From IMG/VR virus record IMGVR_UViG_3300024339_000015: DNA of 64,000 nucleotides; one strand, 5' to 3'. This stretch comes from a virus. Both the position numbers and the translations under genes were made by a program. The notes beneath the pieces were generated by a model that saw only the letters and a list, made by a program, of their open reading frames with translations, searched no databases and was not told the origin of the DNA. Shown here piece after piece: positions 39,160 to 51,233 of this stretch; the first letter of the stretch is position 1; every line of letters starts with the position of its first letter.

Positions 39160-39503
39160 TATTTTATAATATCCTTATAGTGAGTACCTAGTTTAATATT
39201 ATTTTTTTTGAACCAACCTGAGTTAGTTTCTATAACATATTTATATTCACCAGCCCCGAACACTGGGTATCTCTGTTCCTCTACAAGCTTTTCCACGTTC
39301 AGAAGATTACCTTTTACATCAAAAAAGCCTACATCAATTGAGAAGGAAACATTTTTATTTCAAAAGTTACCAGACTTTGGTTCTCCAAAGATGAATAATG
39401 CACCTTCATTAGTCTTTAATTTATTTTGACCCATAAGACCTTTCATTTGGTCGTTAGGTGATGTGGCGGTAAATCTGATATTTAATTTATGTGTTTTTTT
39501 CAT
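39159..39503 (-). CDS. DUF192 family protein, 114 aa with TGA (39360-39362) at the conserved Trp
   Basis: Manually translated: MKGLM...EGALFIF...NF*NKNVSFSIDVGFFD...YVIETNSGWF; family consensus is FWMKN. Confidence 0.9.
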
Positions 39504-39529
39504 TTACAGTTACGTTGTTGTACTTATTA

Positions 39530-40126
39530 TTATAAGTAGATTTTTATTAAATTTCTAAGGGCATCAAATCTTGTTGCTTTATGTCTAAATGCTCCTACTC
39601 CAGACTCAATTGGATATAAAAATTCCCTGACTTTTCTAGATATAGGAATATCGTATCCTTTCATCATTCTGTTTTGAGCAGCAAATTCTTCTATCGCATC
39701 TCTCTTGCCTCTAGTAAATTTATCTTTCAGTGTTTTTGGTCTAAAAGTTTTTTGAGGGTTCTTTTGGTTTCTTATAGCGTGGGTAAGCTCATGCTTTTTT
39801 ATCATAGGATACTCCGCCCCCAACTTTCTTTTATTTAAAAAAACTAGTTGTTTTCCGCTTTTCATGCCTACAGTTTTTGCTACTGGGAATGAGCCTAAGT
39901 CTTGGTATAAACTTTCCCCCATTATTTTGCCTACAGCCTTATCCAGGTCATTTCAGTTATTTATTTCTTTTATTGACAAGGCAGTTTTAGTTAATTTTAA
40001 GTTTCCCAACCCAGTTCTTCTTAGTGCCCTAATAAAAGGTGGTTTTTTTCCAGCAGCCAAAGATTTGTCCATTAACTTTTTTAATTCCGGAACTTTTTTT
40101 GTACTAAGCGGTCTTTGGAAACTCAT
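39530..40126 (-). CDS. Late protein with HExxH motif, 198 aa via TGA 39953-39955
   Basis: ATG coupled to the RNAP stop (TAATG); in frame with 39530..39922; KKHELTHAIR. Confidence 0.7.
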
Positions 40127-43100
40127 TAATAATACTCCCCTTCATTTCTAGCAAATTCTTCCCCATAAATATATGCAGGTATTGGGTCTTTACCGTGTAT
40201 GTCCGTCACCTGACCAGCAGAAGCCCCCTCTACTAAAGCAGCTTTTATCCTATTAGTAGTAAATTTTGTTAACCAATCTTCACTGTCTGAGTTAAGAGTA
40301 TCTACGGATTTAAAATATGGCCTATATCCTATTAAGTCTAATCCAGTCATTTCCCTTTCTTTATTTAGTCTTTCAATTCTTGTAATGGACGTTTTGTCTC
40401 CCCTTAAAAACCCGCTACCTGTCGGAGCTTCTGTAATATATGCATTATCAGATATACCTCTTACTATAGTTTCAAATGTTTTCTTAAAAAATTTACTATC
40501 AAATACAGGACCATTTAGCTCGTCAACAATATATTGCTGTGCCTCTAAGTGAGATTTTAAGTCACTCAACTCTTGCGGTTTTATAGTTCCATCAGATACC
40601 TTATCTCCCACATTGACTAAGTCACCTATTTTTACTACTGGGATTCTTCCGGAAGGAACTGTAAACGTTTTGTCGTTCTGAGTTCCATACCCTTCTATTC
40701 TAAGGTCATAACCTCCTATAGGATTCTTTTCTATCCACTTTACCTTTCCCTTTACATCGCTAAGAGTAGCTTTACCGAGCAGCTTCTCAGGAACTTTTAA
40801 CAATTGTTCTAATCTAGGAAATTTATCTGTCAAGCCTCCACCCGCAGACGCAGATCCACCACTATGAAAAGTTTTCATAACTAATTGTGTCGAGCGTTCG
40901 GTCAAAGCTTGGGACTCAAGAATACCAATAGAAACACCTACTGAAGGTAGACTTCCGTTAGGCATTAACCCGTAACAAAAACTGCAGATACCTTCTACAG
41001 ACTCACAAGTCAAGGGGCTACGAACTTTTATTGACCTTATTCCTGCAGTCTTTAGCTTCAAAATCATGTTACTATTGATCAAGTCATTTCTCCTTGCGAC
41101 ACCAGACACGGACTGTCCTAGAACTCTATCCATGGCGTCCTTGCTATCCACCGTCATTTCTATATCTCTTAATGTCTTGCAATCTTCTTCAGTAATAAGT
41201 AAATTTCTATTTACGCTAAGCAAAGTTTTGTTTAAAGCCCCAGAATCCTGAGTATTTACTGCTCTGTCAATAGTTCCCTTTCTTACCGCATACATTGAAT
41301 TAAAGTATGATGGAGTGTCTATCCCCTCACCGTAAGATTTTAAAACGGGTATAGGCAACGCTTTACCAGAAACATCCTGCAAAACCCCTGGCATCGATAA
41401 AACTTGTCTTATAGAGTCTTTCTTACTAAAAGATCCTGACTCATACATTCTGTATAAATTATTTGAGGAAGATAGGCTTTTATCTTGTGCTTTTTCTGTA
41501 TCAGTAGTAAGCTTTAATAAAGCCTCTATTCTTTTATCTCCTGACATCGCCTGTATCTTAGGAAGTCTGTCTTTATACAGTCTATCTCTATAATCCCTAT
41601 TTATAGCAAAATCTGTAATAGATACAGTGTTACCGATTGTATGCCCATACTGGACAGATAAATCCTTCCAGGCATTTATAATAACAGAAAATTTATCACG
41701 GTAGTTCTTTCCTACCCTAGAAAGCACGTCACCAACTGTATTAGCATCCATTACGCGGGAGTAATCCTTTAATGGCTCTGGCAAATCTTTATTTATATAG
41801 TACTGCCCAAGAGTCATATTTTGTCTGCCTAGCTTAAAAACATCTGTCATCTCAAGTCTTGCACTCTTAGCATCTGATATAGTCTTAAAAGATTTACCGG
41901 TATTTTTACCTAGTAAGCTAGCTTGGTACAGCCCTAACTGGTAATCCTGTCCCAGATCGGGTACAACAGAAAGATCACCGTGCTTAAAAATATTTTTACT
42001 TGGTAACATACGATTAGCTTCTTCTATTGCATCGTTGCCAATTGGTATGTTTACTGACATAGTGTCCCCGTCAAAGTCAGCATTAAACCCTTTCACAACT
42101 ATAGGGTTTAATTTTATATCACTTCCATCAGTAAGGACGGTATTAAATGCTTGAATACTATGTTTGTGTAAAGAAGGCGCCCTATTAATAACTACTGGTC
42201 TAGATTTTACTACATTATTTAAAGAATTTTTAGCTAAAATATCTTCGTCATTGTATGCTTTTAAAGCTGCTGACGCACTCATACCTTGTTGCTTTAAATC
42301 CTTTATAATAAAAGGTTGAAATATCTTGTAAGCCATTTTAGTGGGAACGCCTACCTGGTCTATCCCCAAGGACGGCTCAACAGTGATGGTAGATCTTCCT
42401 GATAAATCCTGTCTAGAGTCCCACATAGTACCGTGAACAAACCCACGTTTTAAACTTTGTCCAGATAAATCTTTTAAAATACCCTTATACTTTTTATTCC
42501 CATAAGTTATTGGGTCTATAAACCCTTGTAGAGCTTTTACAGAACTATATAAATTATTTGAGTACTTAATTTCATCTTCTTTAGTTAGTACGTTAGCTGC
42601 TTTAGCTTTTCTATAACCCTGGTTGATAAGCCCCACATCCCTATAATGGTGATTTAAATCATTTACCATTAAATCTCCAGAGGGTAATGGATAAATTGGT
42701 CTAAAAATTGGCGGTAAAACTGGTAGGTATTGCATAGTATACGCATCATAAGCACTTAACTTCAACTTTTTTAAATTCTGTAAAAACCTAACCTTTTTAT
42801 TCAATTTATTGACATCTGATGGAGGAGCTTTTTTTAACATACGTTTTGATGAAGTGAGCTCTTTACCCACATCTAAGCTTTTAAGTGCTGAAAGTATAGA
42901 ATTAAAACCGCCAGCTTTTTTAAAGCTAGGATCTAATCTCTCACTACCATCCATAACAGAACTAAATTTATTTTCTGTTATACCCAGTATTTTTTGAATA
43001 GAATCTTGATACATAGGATTAGGTATTCTATCAACTAACTTAATGTGGGACCAATTCTTCCCAGAAGACCCGCCTGTAACGTCGTTGTCAAATAAACCTC

Positions 43101-46100
43101 CTTTCCTGCTAGCAAGGTTTTTACCTATCAATAACGCACCAGGATCTTTTAATTCCCCATTACTTAATTTTTTTACATCCTTGTCTGTGAGAGGAAAGAT
43201 TTTTATTGTGTCGCCAACTTTCTCTGTATTTACGCCAGCTGCTTTTAATCTATTTAACATCTTATCAAATACAAAGTTTCTAGACGGTTTAGGGGGCATC
43301 AAACCCAATTGTAATGCTCTCCAGTACTCTTCATTTTCTCTGCCTTTTATGTTTGCAATTTCATACAAATTATTTTTTGCACCATGGGCCAAATATGCGT
43401 AAGTCTCCATATGACCAGCTTTCTGTGCACCTTTACCAACAGGCCTGTTGTCTACATCATAGCTTCCTATTCCGTGACCAGCGGATTTTTTCTTGACGAT
43501 GTGCCTAAGTTTCATAAAATATTTTTCACCGACAAATATGGGGTTTTTAAAAGCTTTCCCAGTCTTACCATCAGTTAAAATTTCATTAGGCTCAACGCCT
43601 GCTTTCTTTATATCAGCCAGCACCCTTTTAGAAGAGTCATCATTCGGGTCATCGAAGTTATCTACTATATAAGTGTTTCCAGTTTTCTTTGCAATTTTTC
43701 CAGCCCCAGCTTCTAAGAGTTGTCCAATATTCATACGTCCAGGGACACCGTGTGGGTTCAACATTATGTCTACAGAAGTACCATCGGGCCTATGTGGTGC
43801 TTCACTGTCAGGAATTATTTTAGTAACAATATTTTTATTACCATATCTCCCGCTCAGTTTGTCAGCTAGTTTAAATGGGTGTACAGATTTTATGTAAATA
43901 TCTAAGTTTCTACCTATTTTTTTAATATCTATTACTGTACCAGACTCATCCTCATCTCACTCTACAACAACTTTGGTGTACATACTAAATATAGCCTTAT
44001 TTAATTTTTTTAATGCTCTTTCTTGATCATCCAAAACTTTTTCAACTAAAAAAGCTGCCACTACCTCACCAGGAAAAAATTCTTTTCCTTTTTTTGCTAT
44101 ACCATCTGACCCTAACTTAGCTAGGTTATCTGGACTAATCTCATCTGGATACCACGCCGAAAACTTTTTCTTATCAAACGAACTAATCTTAGGATTAAAG
44201 TAAACATTTTTTTTATGGATCATTGTGTGTGAAAGTTTTTCAGCAGCACTTTCCGTTATCACTGCTCCGTCTTCGAAATTGTATCCTTTCCAAGGCATGT
44301 ATGCCACAGTCAAATTTTTACCTATTGATAAAGCTCCGTTACTAGAATAATTGCTGTCAGCTAGTGAGTCCCCCTCTTTTACTTTGTCCCCTACTTTAAC
44401 TAATACATCGGAGTGAAGAAATCCATCTTGATTTAATGGAAAATTATTGTACAGTCCCTTACTGAATGACTCCCCGTTAGACTTTTTTATAGTCACGTAA
44501 TCATCTGTAATTTTTTCTATAATACCTCGCTCCCCTTTCAGTATGACCGGATTTAAAAAGTTTCCTACTAACTGTTCGTACGTTTTATCTTCATCCCGTT
44601 TTACCTGGACATAAGGAGCTTCTTTTTGATCTAATGCAAGCGCCTGTGTAATCATGCGACCTCCCATCGACCCCCTATTACCTTGTACAGTTTCTAAAAA
44701 AGGAACCATATTTGACTCAAAGGAAAACATAGATTTAGGCGATCTCAAGTAAAAATCGACTTCTGAAGATGAGATCTTCTTAGTTTTACCTTCATGCATA
44801 ACAATAACTCTAGGCCCTCGTGACTTGGGAAGACCGTTAACAGTTATATATTGATCTGGAAATCCTACCACCTTAGAAAAAAACTGAGTAGGATTTAAAT
44901 AGTGGATTTTTCCTTTCTTATCAATTACCGGGCTAGTTATGTCATTTCCTACCTTATGGACTTCTGAAGTTAAGCCGACTGACACCCCAATTTTCCCCGA
45001 TTCTGGGGTAGCGAGGGAGTCTAAAAAACCGAAGTGTGAAGGTTGGACAGACCTAGCCTCCATTGTAATTGCATGGCTACTACCTATCCCACCCGTGCCC
45101 ATTGGTGTCGTTTTTCTCCAATCAGCTAGTATACTTGCAGGGTTAGTTTGTGGAGGAGTTGCAGATAAGTCGCCCACAGTAAAGAACTCTTTTATTGGCT
45201 TAGAGAAAGCACTAGCACTAACAATATCCCTAACGTTATCTTTCAATGACATGGATCGGATCATTTTTCTCTGCAAAGATTCTTTATGTTTATCAAAATG
45301 TGCTGACAATAAATCATCTATACCATATATATTTTTAAAGATTAAACTATCTCTTTTGTCGGGTATATCGATCCCTTTATTTATATTCAGTAACTTCACC
45401 GATGAAGCTAATAAGGTTTTTCCATTTACAGTTTCGTATCCTGTACCTAGAGTCACCTTAGTTGTTTCTTTACTAACTTTTGTATAGTTATTGAAGTACT
45501 CATTTAAGCCATTAATAACCTCCTTATAATCTTTCGGATCTTTTTTGTAGAAGTTTTTGTAAATTGAGGTCATTTCTGAAACCTCAGTATTTAGTGCCCC
45601 TTTTTTATTTAGTAATAAAAGGTCAGATCCCCAAGCTTTTTCCATATCTCTATCAGATACGCCGAGTAAGTTTAGTAATGTCCAGAGTCTATATTTTCTA
45701 TTTTTTAATATTACAACAAAAATTTGTTTTATAGGATCCAGCTGCATTTTAAAATTATAGCCACGCTCAAGATTAAATTCATTCTCAAGCTCACCATTAT
45801 TCTTTACCCTAGCATATATACCAGACTTTCTTCTAAGTTGGTTGGTTGTTTGATACTCATTACCGTCTATTATTGCTGTGAACCTGTTTGTTAGCTTTGG
45901 TATGTGTCCTATTTTTGAATTTTTTTTCTGACTAATAATCTTACCAGAAGTAGAGTCAATAATCTTTATATCAGCATATATAGGAATTTGCCATGTCTTC
46001 CTGTTTAATTTTACTTTCTTTTGCTCAGGGAAATCCATATCAGAGAGAGTATCTTTTACTACGACATTCTCTATAATAAGTTTTCTACCATTAGATTCTA

Positions 46101-46188
46101 CGGGGAAGGCCGCCTCTATAGAGTTAGATATGGAAGAAAAGATGTTTTTATTCTGGAGTCGGTGGTCTAAGTAATTAGCGTTTTTCAT
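40126..46188 (-). CDS. rpoBC: Fused beta-beta' multisubunit RNA polymerase, 2020 aa with in-frame TGA 43957-43959
   Basis: Beta motifs TPES, YNFEDG, DKLSGRYGNK, NPHGVPGRMN; beta' motifs DLSGRS, NRAPSLH, NADFDGD; the two track ORFs share one frame, and the gap between them encodes DKLSGRYGNK. Confidence 0.93.
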
Positions 46189-46210
46189 AGAAATTTTTTT
46201 TTATAAATAT

Positions 46211-46222
46211 TGGTATAAGAAT
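46211..46222 (+). promoter_or_regulatory. TGGTATAAGAAT motif at the strand switch
   Basis: Divergent from the RNAP gene. Confidence 0.6.
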
Positions 46223-46558
46223 TAAGTAACGTTGTACTGTTTAAATATAAACTAACAGTACGGCTATGTCAACTGATAAACCAGGGACATATTTTTGAAT
46301 ACAAAAGAAAAAGAAAGTGATCCCAACGACGAAATTTACGTCGAACCTTGGGGTAAGTAAGGAAAGAAAGGGACTATCTGTCTCTTTCTAATTTAAAAAA
46401 AATAACCATATTTATCTATGAAAGATTCTGAAATGAAGTCATCAATAACAGACATAGTAAAAACTGTTTCTACGTTTGTACTTGATCTAATTTATGGCAC
46501 CGACGAAGAACACACAAAAAAAGATTCGAAAAAAAAAGATAAGTAAAGGAAACTAAAG

Positions 46559-46870
46559 ATGATTGATATCCCGAAGCAGGACCCAATAAGTTATGAAGAA
46601 TCGGCGTATGATTTAGAAGGATACGACTTTGTAAGGGACGTACATGTAAATGTTTGTACAAATGATGTTGGGTATGTAACTAAACTAGAAGTCATGGTAT
46701 GTACAAACAGTCTAGAAAGTTTTTCAGATATTGTTCTTCCTGTTGAGTTTAAAAATAAGGAAGAGTTTGATCAACTACTGGAAGGCAAGTTGAAACAAGC
46801 AGACGAACACTTTAAAAAAGAAAACGAAAGATTAGAAGCCTCTTTTAGGCAATGCAGATTATTTAATTAA
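46559..46870 (+). CDS. Hypothetical protein
   Basis: ORF track, AAGGA RBS. Confidence 0.7.
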   Translation: MIDIPKQDPISYEESAYDLEGYDFVRDVHVNVCTNDVGYVTKLEVMVCTNSLESFSDIVLPVEFKNKEEFDQLLEGKLKQADEHFKKENERLEASFRQCRLFN

Positions 46871-46892
46871 AAACAAAGGAAACAAAAAAAAG

Positions 46893-48026
46893 ATGTTAAA
46901 AAAATTATTAAAAACAGAGAGTACCTTAAACTCTTATTTTATAGAGAGGGAAGACGAAGTCAGAGGACTAACCTTAGGCATATTATCGGGAAACAATGTT
47001 CTATTTTTGGGCCCTCCCGGAGTATCTAAGTCACTTCTTGTAAATAGTTGGGCGTCGTTAATTAAGGACACTAACTATTTTGGATGGCTAGTGAACAGAT
47101 TCTCAACACCAGAAGAGCTTTTTGGCCCTTACTCTTTAAAAGGTTTGGAAAACGATGAGTACAAAAGAATTACGGATGGAAAACTTCCGGACTCTCATGT
47201 AGGTTTTATTGATGAAGTCTTCAAGTGTAATTCAGGTGTTTTAAATGCATTACTAAGCGTGTTAAATGAGAGAACCTTCTACAATAACGGGAAGGCAGTG
47301 AAGACCCCAATATTAACAGTGGTAGGCGCATCAAATGAATTACCAGAAGAATCTGATAACTTAGAAGCTATGTACGATAGATTTCAGTTAAAATATATGG
47401 TAAGCCGCATTCAGGAGCCATCTAATTTTTCTAAATTAATGAAATTAAAAAATGGTTTTGAAGGAAATACGACTTTAAGTTTATCCGACATTCATGCCGC
47501 AAAAGCTCAAGCAATGGAAGTTCAGATATCCGATGAAATGGTTGACCTTCTAACTGAGCTGAGAGAAAAGTTAAAGGAAGAAAATATCGACGTTACTGAT
47601 AGGACATATATGTTTTCTAAAAAATTACTAAAAGCAGAAGCGTATATGAACGGTAAATCAGAAGTAACTGAAGAAGACTTTGAAATTTTACAAAACGCAT
47701 TTTGGTCTGAACCAGGTCAGAAAAAAACTGTATACAGCACTATCTTAAACACCGTAAACCCAGCAAAGAGTAAAGTCTTAGATATTTATTATGACGCTAC
47801 GGACTTATTTGAGGATTTAATGGCAAGTAAAAAAGATAACATAGAATCTACAGAGAAGAGTATGGAAGCTGTAATTAAGTTAAAAGATGCTAAAAAATCT
47901 TTACGGGGACATTACTTAGATGCTAAGAAAAATGGACAAGACTACAAAATTGTACAGAAATACGAAAAGAAAGTAGACATCTATTTAAATAAAGTATACG
48001 CAGAATGTTTGGAGGTTTCATTTTAA
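46893..48026 (+). CDS. ravA: MoxR-family AAA+ ATPase (RavA-like)
   Basis: GPPGVSKS, STPEELFGP, FIDEVFK, GASNELP, AMYDRF. Confidence 0.9.
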   Translation: MLKKLLKTESTLNSYFIEREDEVRGLTLGILSGNNVLFLGPPGVSKSLLVNSWASLIKDTNYFGWLVNRFSTPEELFGPYSLKGLENDEYKRITDGKLPDSHVGFIDEVFKCNSGVLNALLSVLNERTFYNNGKAVKTPILTVVGASNELPEESDNLEAMYDRFQLKYMVSRIQEPSNFSKLMKLKNGFEGNTTLSLSDIHAAKAQAMEVQISDEMVDLLTELREKLKEENIDVTDRTYMFSKKLLKAEAYMNGKSEVTEEDFEILQNAFWSEPGQKKTVYSTILNTVNPAKSKVLDIYYDATDLFEDLMASKKDNIESTEKSMEAVIKLKDAKKSLRGHYLDAKKNGQDYKIVQKYEKKVDIYLNKVYAECLEVSF

Positions 48027-49571
48027 ATGAAAAGTTTATCAAAGAAAAATAGATCTATATTAAGCGAGATCAGGTCAGAAGAGTTTACTATAGACCACGA
48101 TAACTTTGATATTAAGAACTTTCAAGAGTTACTAGTAAAAAATCCTAAGATAGCCCGATTATATATCGAAGGATCAAAAGAATACCCACAATTCAAAAAT
48201 CTTCAACAAGATGTTTATGATTCATTATATAAATACGGGCCGAAAAAAGTACATGAGTCAGATATACAATTAGAGTACCTATTAAATAGTCAAATTATGG
48301 ATGCAGTAGTAGACTCTAATAAGTATAAGGAATTAAGATTAATGACAAGGCTGGATAAGGTAAATTCAGCCGTCGGGTCTGAGGTATTAGGTAATGATGT
48401 GAAAGACTTGGTTGACAAGTTAAGAGAGGAGTTTGAAGACGCATTAAATAATGCAAAACAAGCTCAGAAACAAGTAGACGATGAACAGGGACAAGGTAAG
48501 GGTGAGCAACCCGAGTCCGAGGGAGGTGCCGGAGATCAAGAAGGTAAAGGACAGGAATTCACATCTCTTGAGGAAGCACAAAAGAAACTGGAAGAGTCTA
48601 TGAAGACCTTGAACAACTTTATTGATGAACGTGAAAGACGTCAGATAGATAAAATGCTGGACAATGCTTTAAGTGAGACGAAGGAAACTTCGGACATGAT
48701 TACTAACTGGGGGTTAGAACAAGACCCAAGTTACAGCAAAGCAGGGTACCAACAAAAGTTGAAACTGATTGAAAGGCTAAAGTCATCAAAAAAGCTACAA
48801 GAAATATCTAAGTTAGCTGGAAGATACAAAAGATTAGCTGTAAACTCTCAGAAAGAAAAAATACGAAAGGGAGCAGATTCTCTATATGACATAGTTACGG
48901 GGAATGACCTGGGACGAGTGTTATCTAGCGAAGCAATGAAGTTAAGAAAACCTATATTGAAAACCTTGTTTATGAAAGAGTATCTAGAAGAATCGTTACT
49001 ACAATATGAGTACCAAGGCAAGGAAAGGAAAGGTAATGGTCCTATGATATGTTGCATTGACTCGTCTGGAAGTATGGGAGGTATCCCAGAAATTTGGGCA
49101 AAATCAGTAGCTATGGGATTGTTAGATATTTCAAGACAGCAAAAAAGATCCTTCATGGTCATACATTTCGATGCGTCAAGCAAAGAAAGTTTGCACACCA
49201 ATACTTTTGACAAAAACGGAAGTTACAATATAGAAGAGGTGCTAGACATGGCAGAATACTTCACGAGTGGCGGCACATTATTCGAGCCATCCCTAGATCT
49301 AGCAAGAGACAAGATCGAACAAGAGAAAGACTTCGAAAAAGCTGATATAGTTTTTATAACTGACGGAGAATCTACCATAAGACCAAATTGGTTATCTAAC
49401 TTTAAGAAGTGGAAGTCAGAAAAGAATGTAAAGATACAATCTATACTAATAGATATGGGCTATAATTTTCAAGGAAGCTTGGATTTATTCAGCGATTCAG
49501 TTACAAAACTGAGAGAATTGACCTCATCATCTTTGGATGAGTTAGCTACGGACATCTTTAAAAACATATAA
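48027..49571 (+). CDS. viaA: vWA-domain protein (ViaA-like)
   Basis: GNDLGRVLSSE, MIDAS IDSSGSM, GGTLF, ADIVFITDGE; follows the MoxR gene. Confidence 0.88.
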   Translation: MKSLSKKNRSILSEIRSEEFTIDHDNFDIKNFQELLVKNPKIARLYIEGSKEYPQFKNLQQDVYDSLYKYGPKKVHESDIQLEYLLNSQIMDAVVDSNKYKELRLMTRLDKVNSAVGSEVLGNDVKDLVDKLREEFEDALNNAKQAQKQVDDEQGQGKGEQPESEGGAGDQEGKGQEFTSLEEAQKKLEESMKTLNNFIDERERRQIDKMLDNALSETKETSDMITNWGLEQDPSYSKAGYQQKLKLIERLKSSKKLQEISKLAGRYKRLAVNSQKEKIRKGADSLYDIVTGNDLGRVLSSEAMKLRKPILKTLFMKEYLEESLLQYEYQGKERKGNGPMICCIDSSGSMGGIPEIWAKSVAMGLLDISRQQKRSFMVIHFDASSKESLHTNTFDKNGSYNIEEVLDMAEYFTSGGTLFEPSLDLARDKIEQEKDFEKADIVFITDGESTIRPNWLSNFKKWKSEKNVKIQSILIDMGYNFQGSLDLFSDSVTKLRELTSSSLDELATDIFKNI

Positions 49572-49741
49572 TTACAGTTACATAGGACAGAGTCGTCCGG
49601 GCAATACGTTTCGTATAGCATTGTAGGTTAGCCTACCACTCAGTTGCACGAGATTAGTGGTTAGTGTAGTTATAGTTAAATCAACAGTTACGAGAGTAAC
49701 ATACTACGATGGCTGATACGGCCATCTATGATTATAATGTT
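49563..49741 (+). ncRNA. Retron msr/msd-like unit 0 (upstream of the RT)
   Basis: Imperfect arms AACATATAATTACA / TATGATTATAATGTT, G49577 right after the first arm, hairpin GGAC/GTCC, hairpin ATACG-TTT-CGTAT (49604-49616); more hairpins continue to 49860. Confidence 0.6.
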
Positions 49742-49881
49742 GTACAAATACTATTTTGCACAGCAATATCATCAAGAACAAAATCTAAACAGTTTTTAAG
49801 ATCGTTAAAAACTGGTAGTATAACTACTAAAATGCGGGCGGGGAGATAACTCTCCCCACCCCATGACAAGGAGAAGACAAC

Positions 49882-50784
49882 ATGACAATTTTTGAAATGG
49901 TAGAGAAAGATAGAGAAGAGTTGAAAGATATAGACAAAAATAAGGAGTTATATTATCTGTCGTACCCCATAAAGAAAAGAAATGGTAATAGTAGATGGTT
50001 AGACGCACCTCAAGGTGAGTTAAAAGATTTTCAAGAGGCCTTTCTTTATAAATTTTTATACAAGTTTAAACCACATCCAGCAGCAGTAGGGTTTGTGACA
50101 AAAAAACACGTATCAGATGGCGCTAAAAAACATTTAAAAAATAATGTACTGCTTACAATAGACGTACTAAATTTCTTTGGAAGTATACATGAACTTAGAG
50201 TTATAAAATTAATTAGCTTCTTGTTTAGTGCATACGTAAAAAGAGACCCATCTTTTGTATTCAGGAAAGACGACATACCATTAATAGCCTCTTTATTAAC
50301 ATTTAAAGGATCTATTCCCCAGGGCGCCCCGTCAAGTCCAGCATTATCGAATTTGTATTGCCTTAGACTAGACAAGAATTTAACTAACTTTGCAGAAAAC
50401 CACAATCTTGTGTACACCAGATATGCTGATGATTCTGCATTTAGTCATAAAAATAGGACCGAAGATATAGGCAAGCTTATTCCTGAAATAGAGATGTTTT
50501 TTAACGCAGAAGCTTTAGTATTAAATAAAAAGAAAACTAAAGTTAGGAGACCTCATAAAAGAATGGTAGTCACGGGAGTAGTAATAAATGATAAATTAGG
50601 GATTCCTAAATGGAAAAGTAAAAATTTTAGAGCTAAGTTACATAACTTAATAAGAGACAATAAGTCAGTAACATTAGAAGAATATCAAAAAATGAGAGGT
50701 TATGCAGAATGGATACGAACATTGGACCCACTAAAGGGAAAAAAGTTTATAAAACAACTTGGGAACGTGACTTTATCAGATTAA
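49882..50784 (+). CDS. Retron-type reverse transcriptase
   Basis: IKKRNG..R..AP, region X GAKKH, IDVLNFFGSI, PQGAPSSP, YTRYADD, region Y VTG; RT-only, no maturase or endonuclease domain. Confidence 0.92.
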   Translation: MTIFEMVEKDREELKDIDKNKELYYLSYPIKKRNGNSRWLDAPQGELKDFQEAFLYKFLYKFKPHPAAVGFVTKKHVSDGAKKHLKNNVLLTIDVLNFFGSIHELRVIKLISFLFSAYVKRDPSFVFRKDDIPLIASLLTFKGSIPQGAPSSPALSNLYCLRLDKNLTNFAENHNLVYTRYADDSAFSHKNRTEDIGKLIPEIEMFFNAEALVLNKKKTKVRRPHKRMVVTGVVINDKLGIPKWKSKNFRAKLHNLIRDNKSVTLEEYQKMRGYAEWIRTLDPLKGKKFIKQLGNVTLSD

Positions 50785-51233
50785 AAGAGTTACGAGAGTC
50801 TTTCTTAAAGTTAAGTAATGCCCACGTTTACCTACCATTTGGGTGGATAGACTTAGGGAATCCTATAAAGCCAAAGAAAAAATTGGGAAGGTATACCCAC
50901 AAGTCAATAAAACCTGAATTTAGGCCACTAATCCCAAAGCATTTTAATGCGGGCATGGGTTTGGGAACTATAGGCTTTATGACAGCTTACGCTGAGTCAG
51001 TTAGGGAAAGAAAAATTTTAGGGTTACAGATGACGTTCCCTGCGAGTACTGGGGAGCATTTGATACACAGAGTGACTGGGTTTAAATATAAGTGGAATAA
51101 ATCGTCTGTAACAATAAAACGAATTTTAGGGACAACAAAAATCCCTAGAGTAGAAGAGCAAATACTTTGTTTGCTCAGAGAATGTAACAGGTTTTTTAAC
51201 CTGTACTGTGAAGAGAAGATAGTTAGAATATAA
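50709..51233 (+). CDS. Unknown protein overlapping the RT 3' end (candidate partner)
   Basis: ORF track; start uncertain. Confidence 0.55.
   Translation: MDTNIGPTKGKKVYKTTWERDFIRLKELRESFLKLSNAHVYLPFGWIDLGNPIKPKKKLGRYTHKSIKPEFRPLIPKHFNAGMGLGTIGFMTAYAESVRERKILGLQMTFPASTGEHLIHRVTGFKYKWNKSSVTIKRILGTTKIPRVEEQILCLLRECNRFFNLYCEEKIVRI

Noticed and set aside
46266-46391. Possible plus-strand ORF with an internal TGA at 46296
   Set aside because: Short, no recognisable motif, and an alternative TTG-start frame explains the region; unresolved rather than supportive.
49882-50784. RT as group II intron, DGR or CRISPR-associated RT
   Set aside because: No maturase/endonuclease domain or intron domain V, no TR/VR pair differing at adenines, no cas1; X/Y motifs and RNA layout are retron-like.
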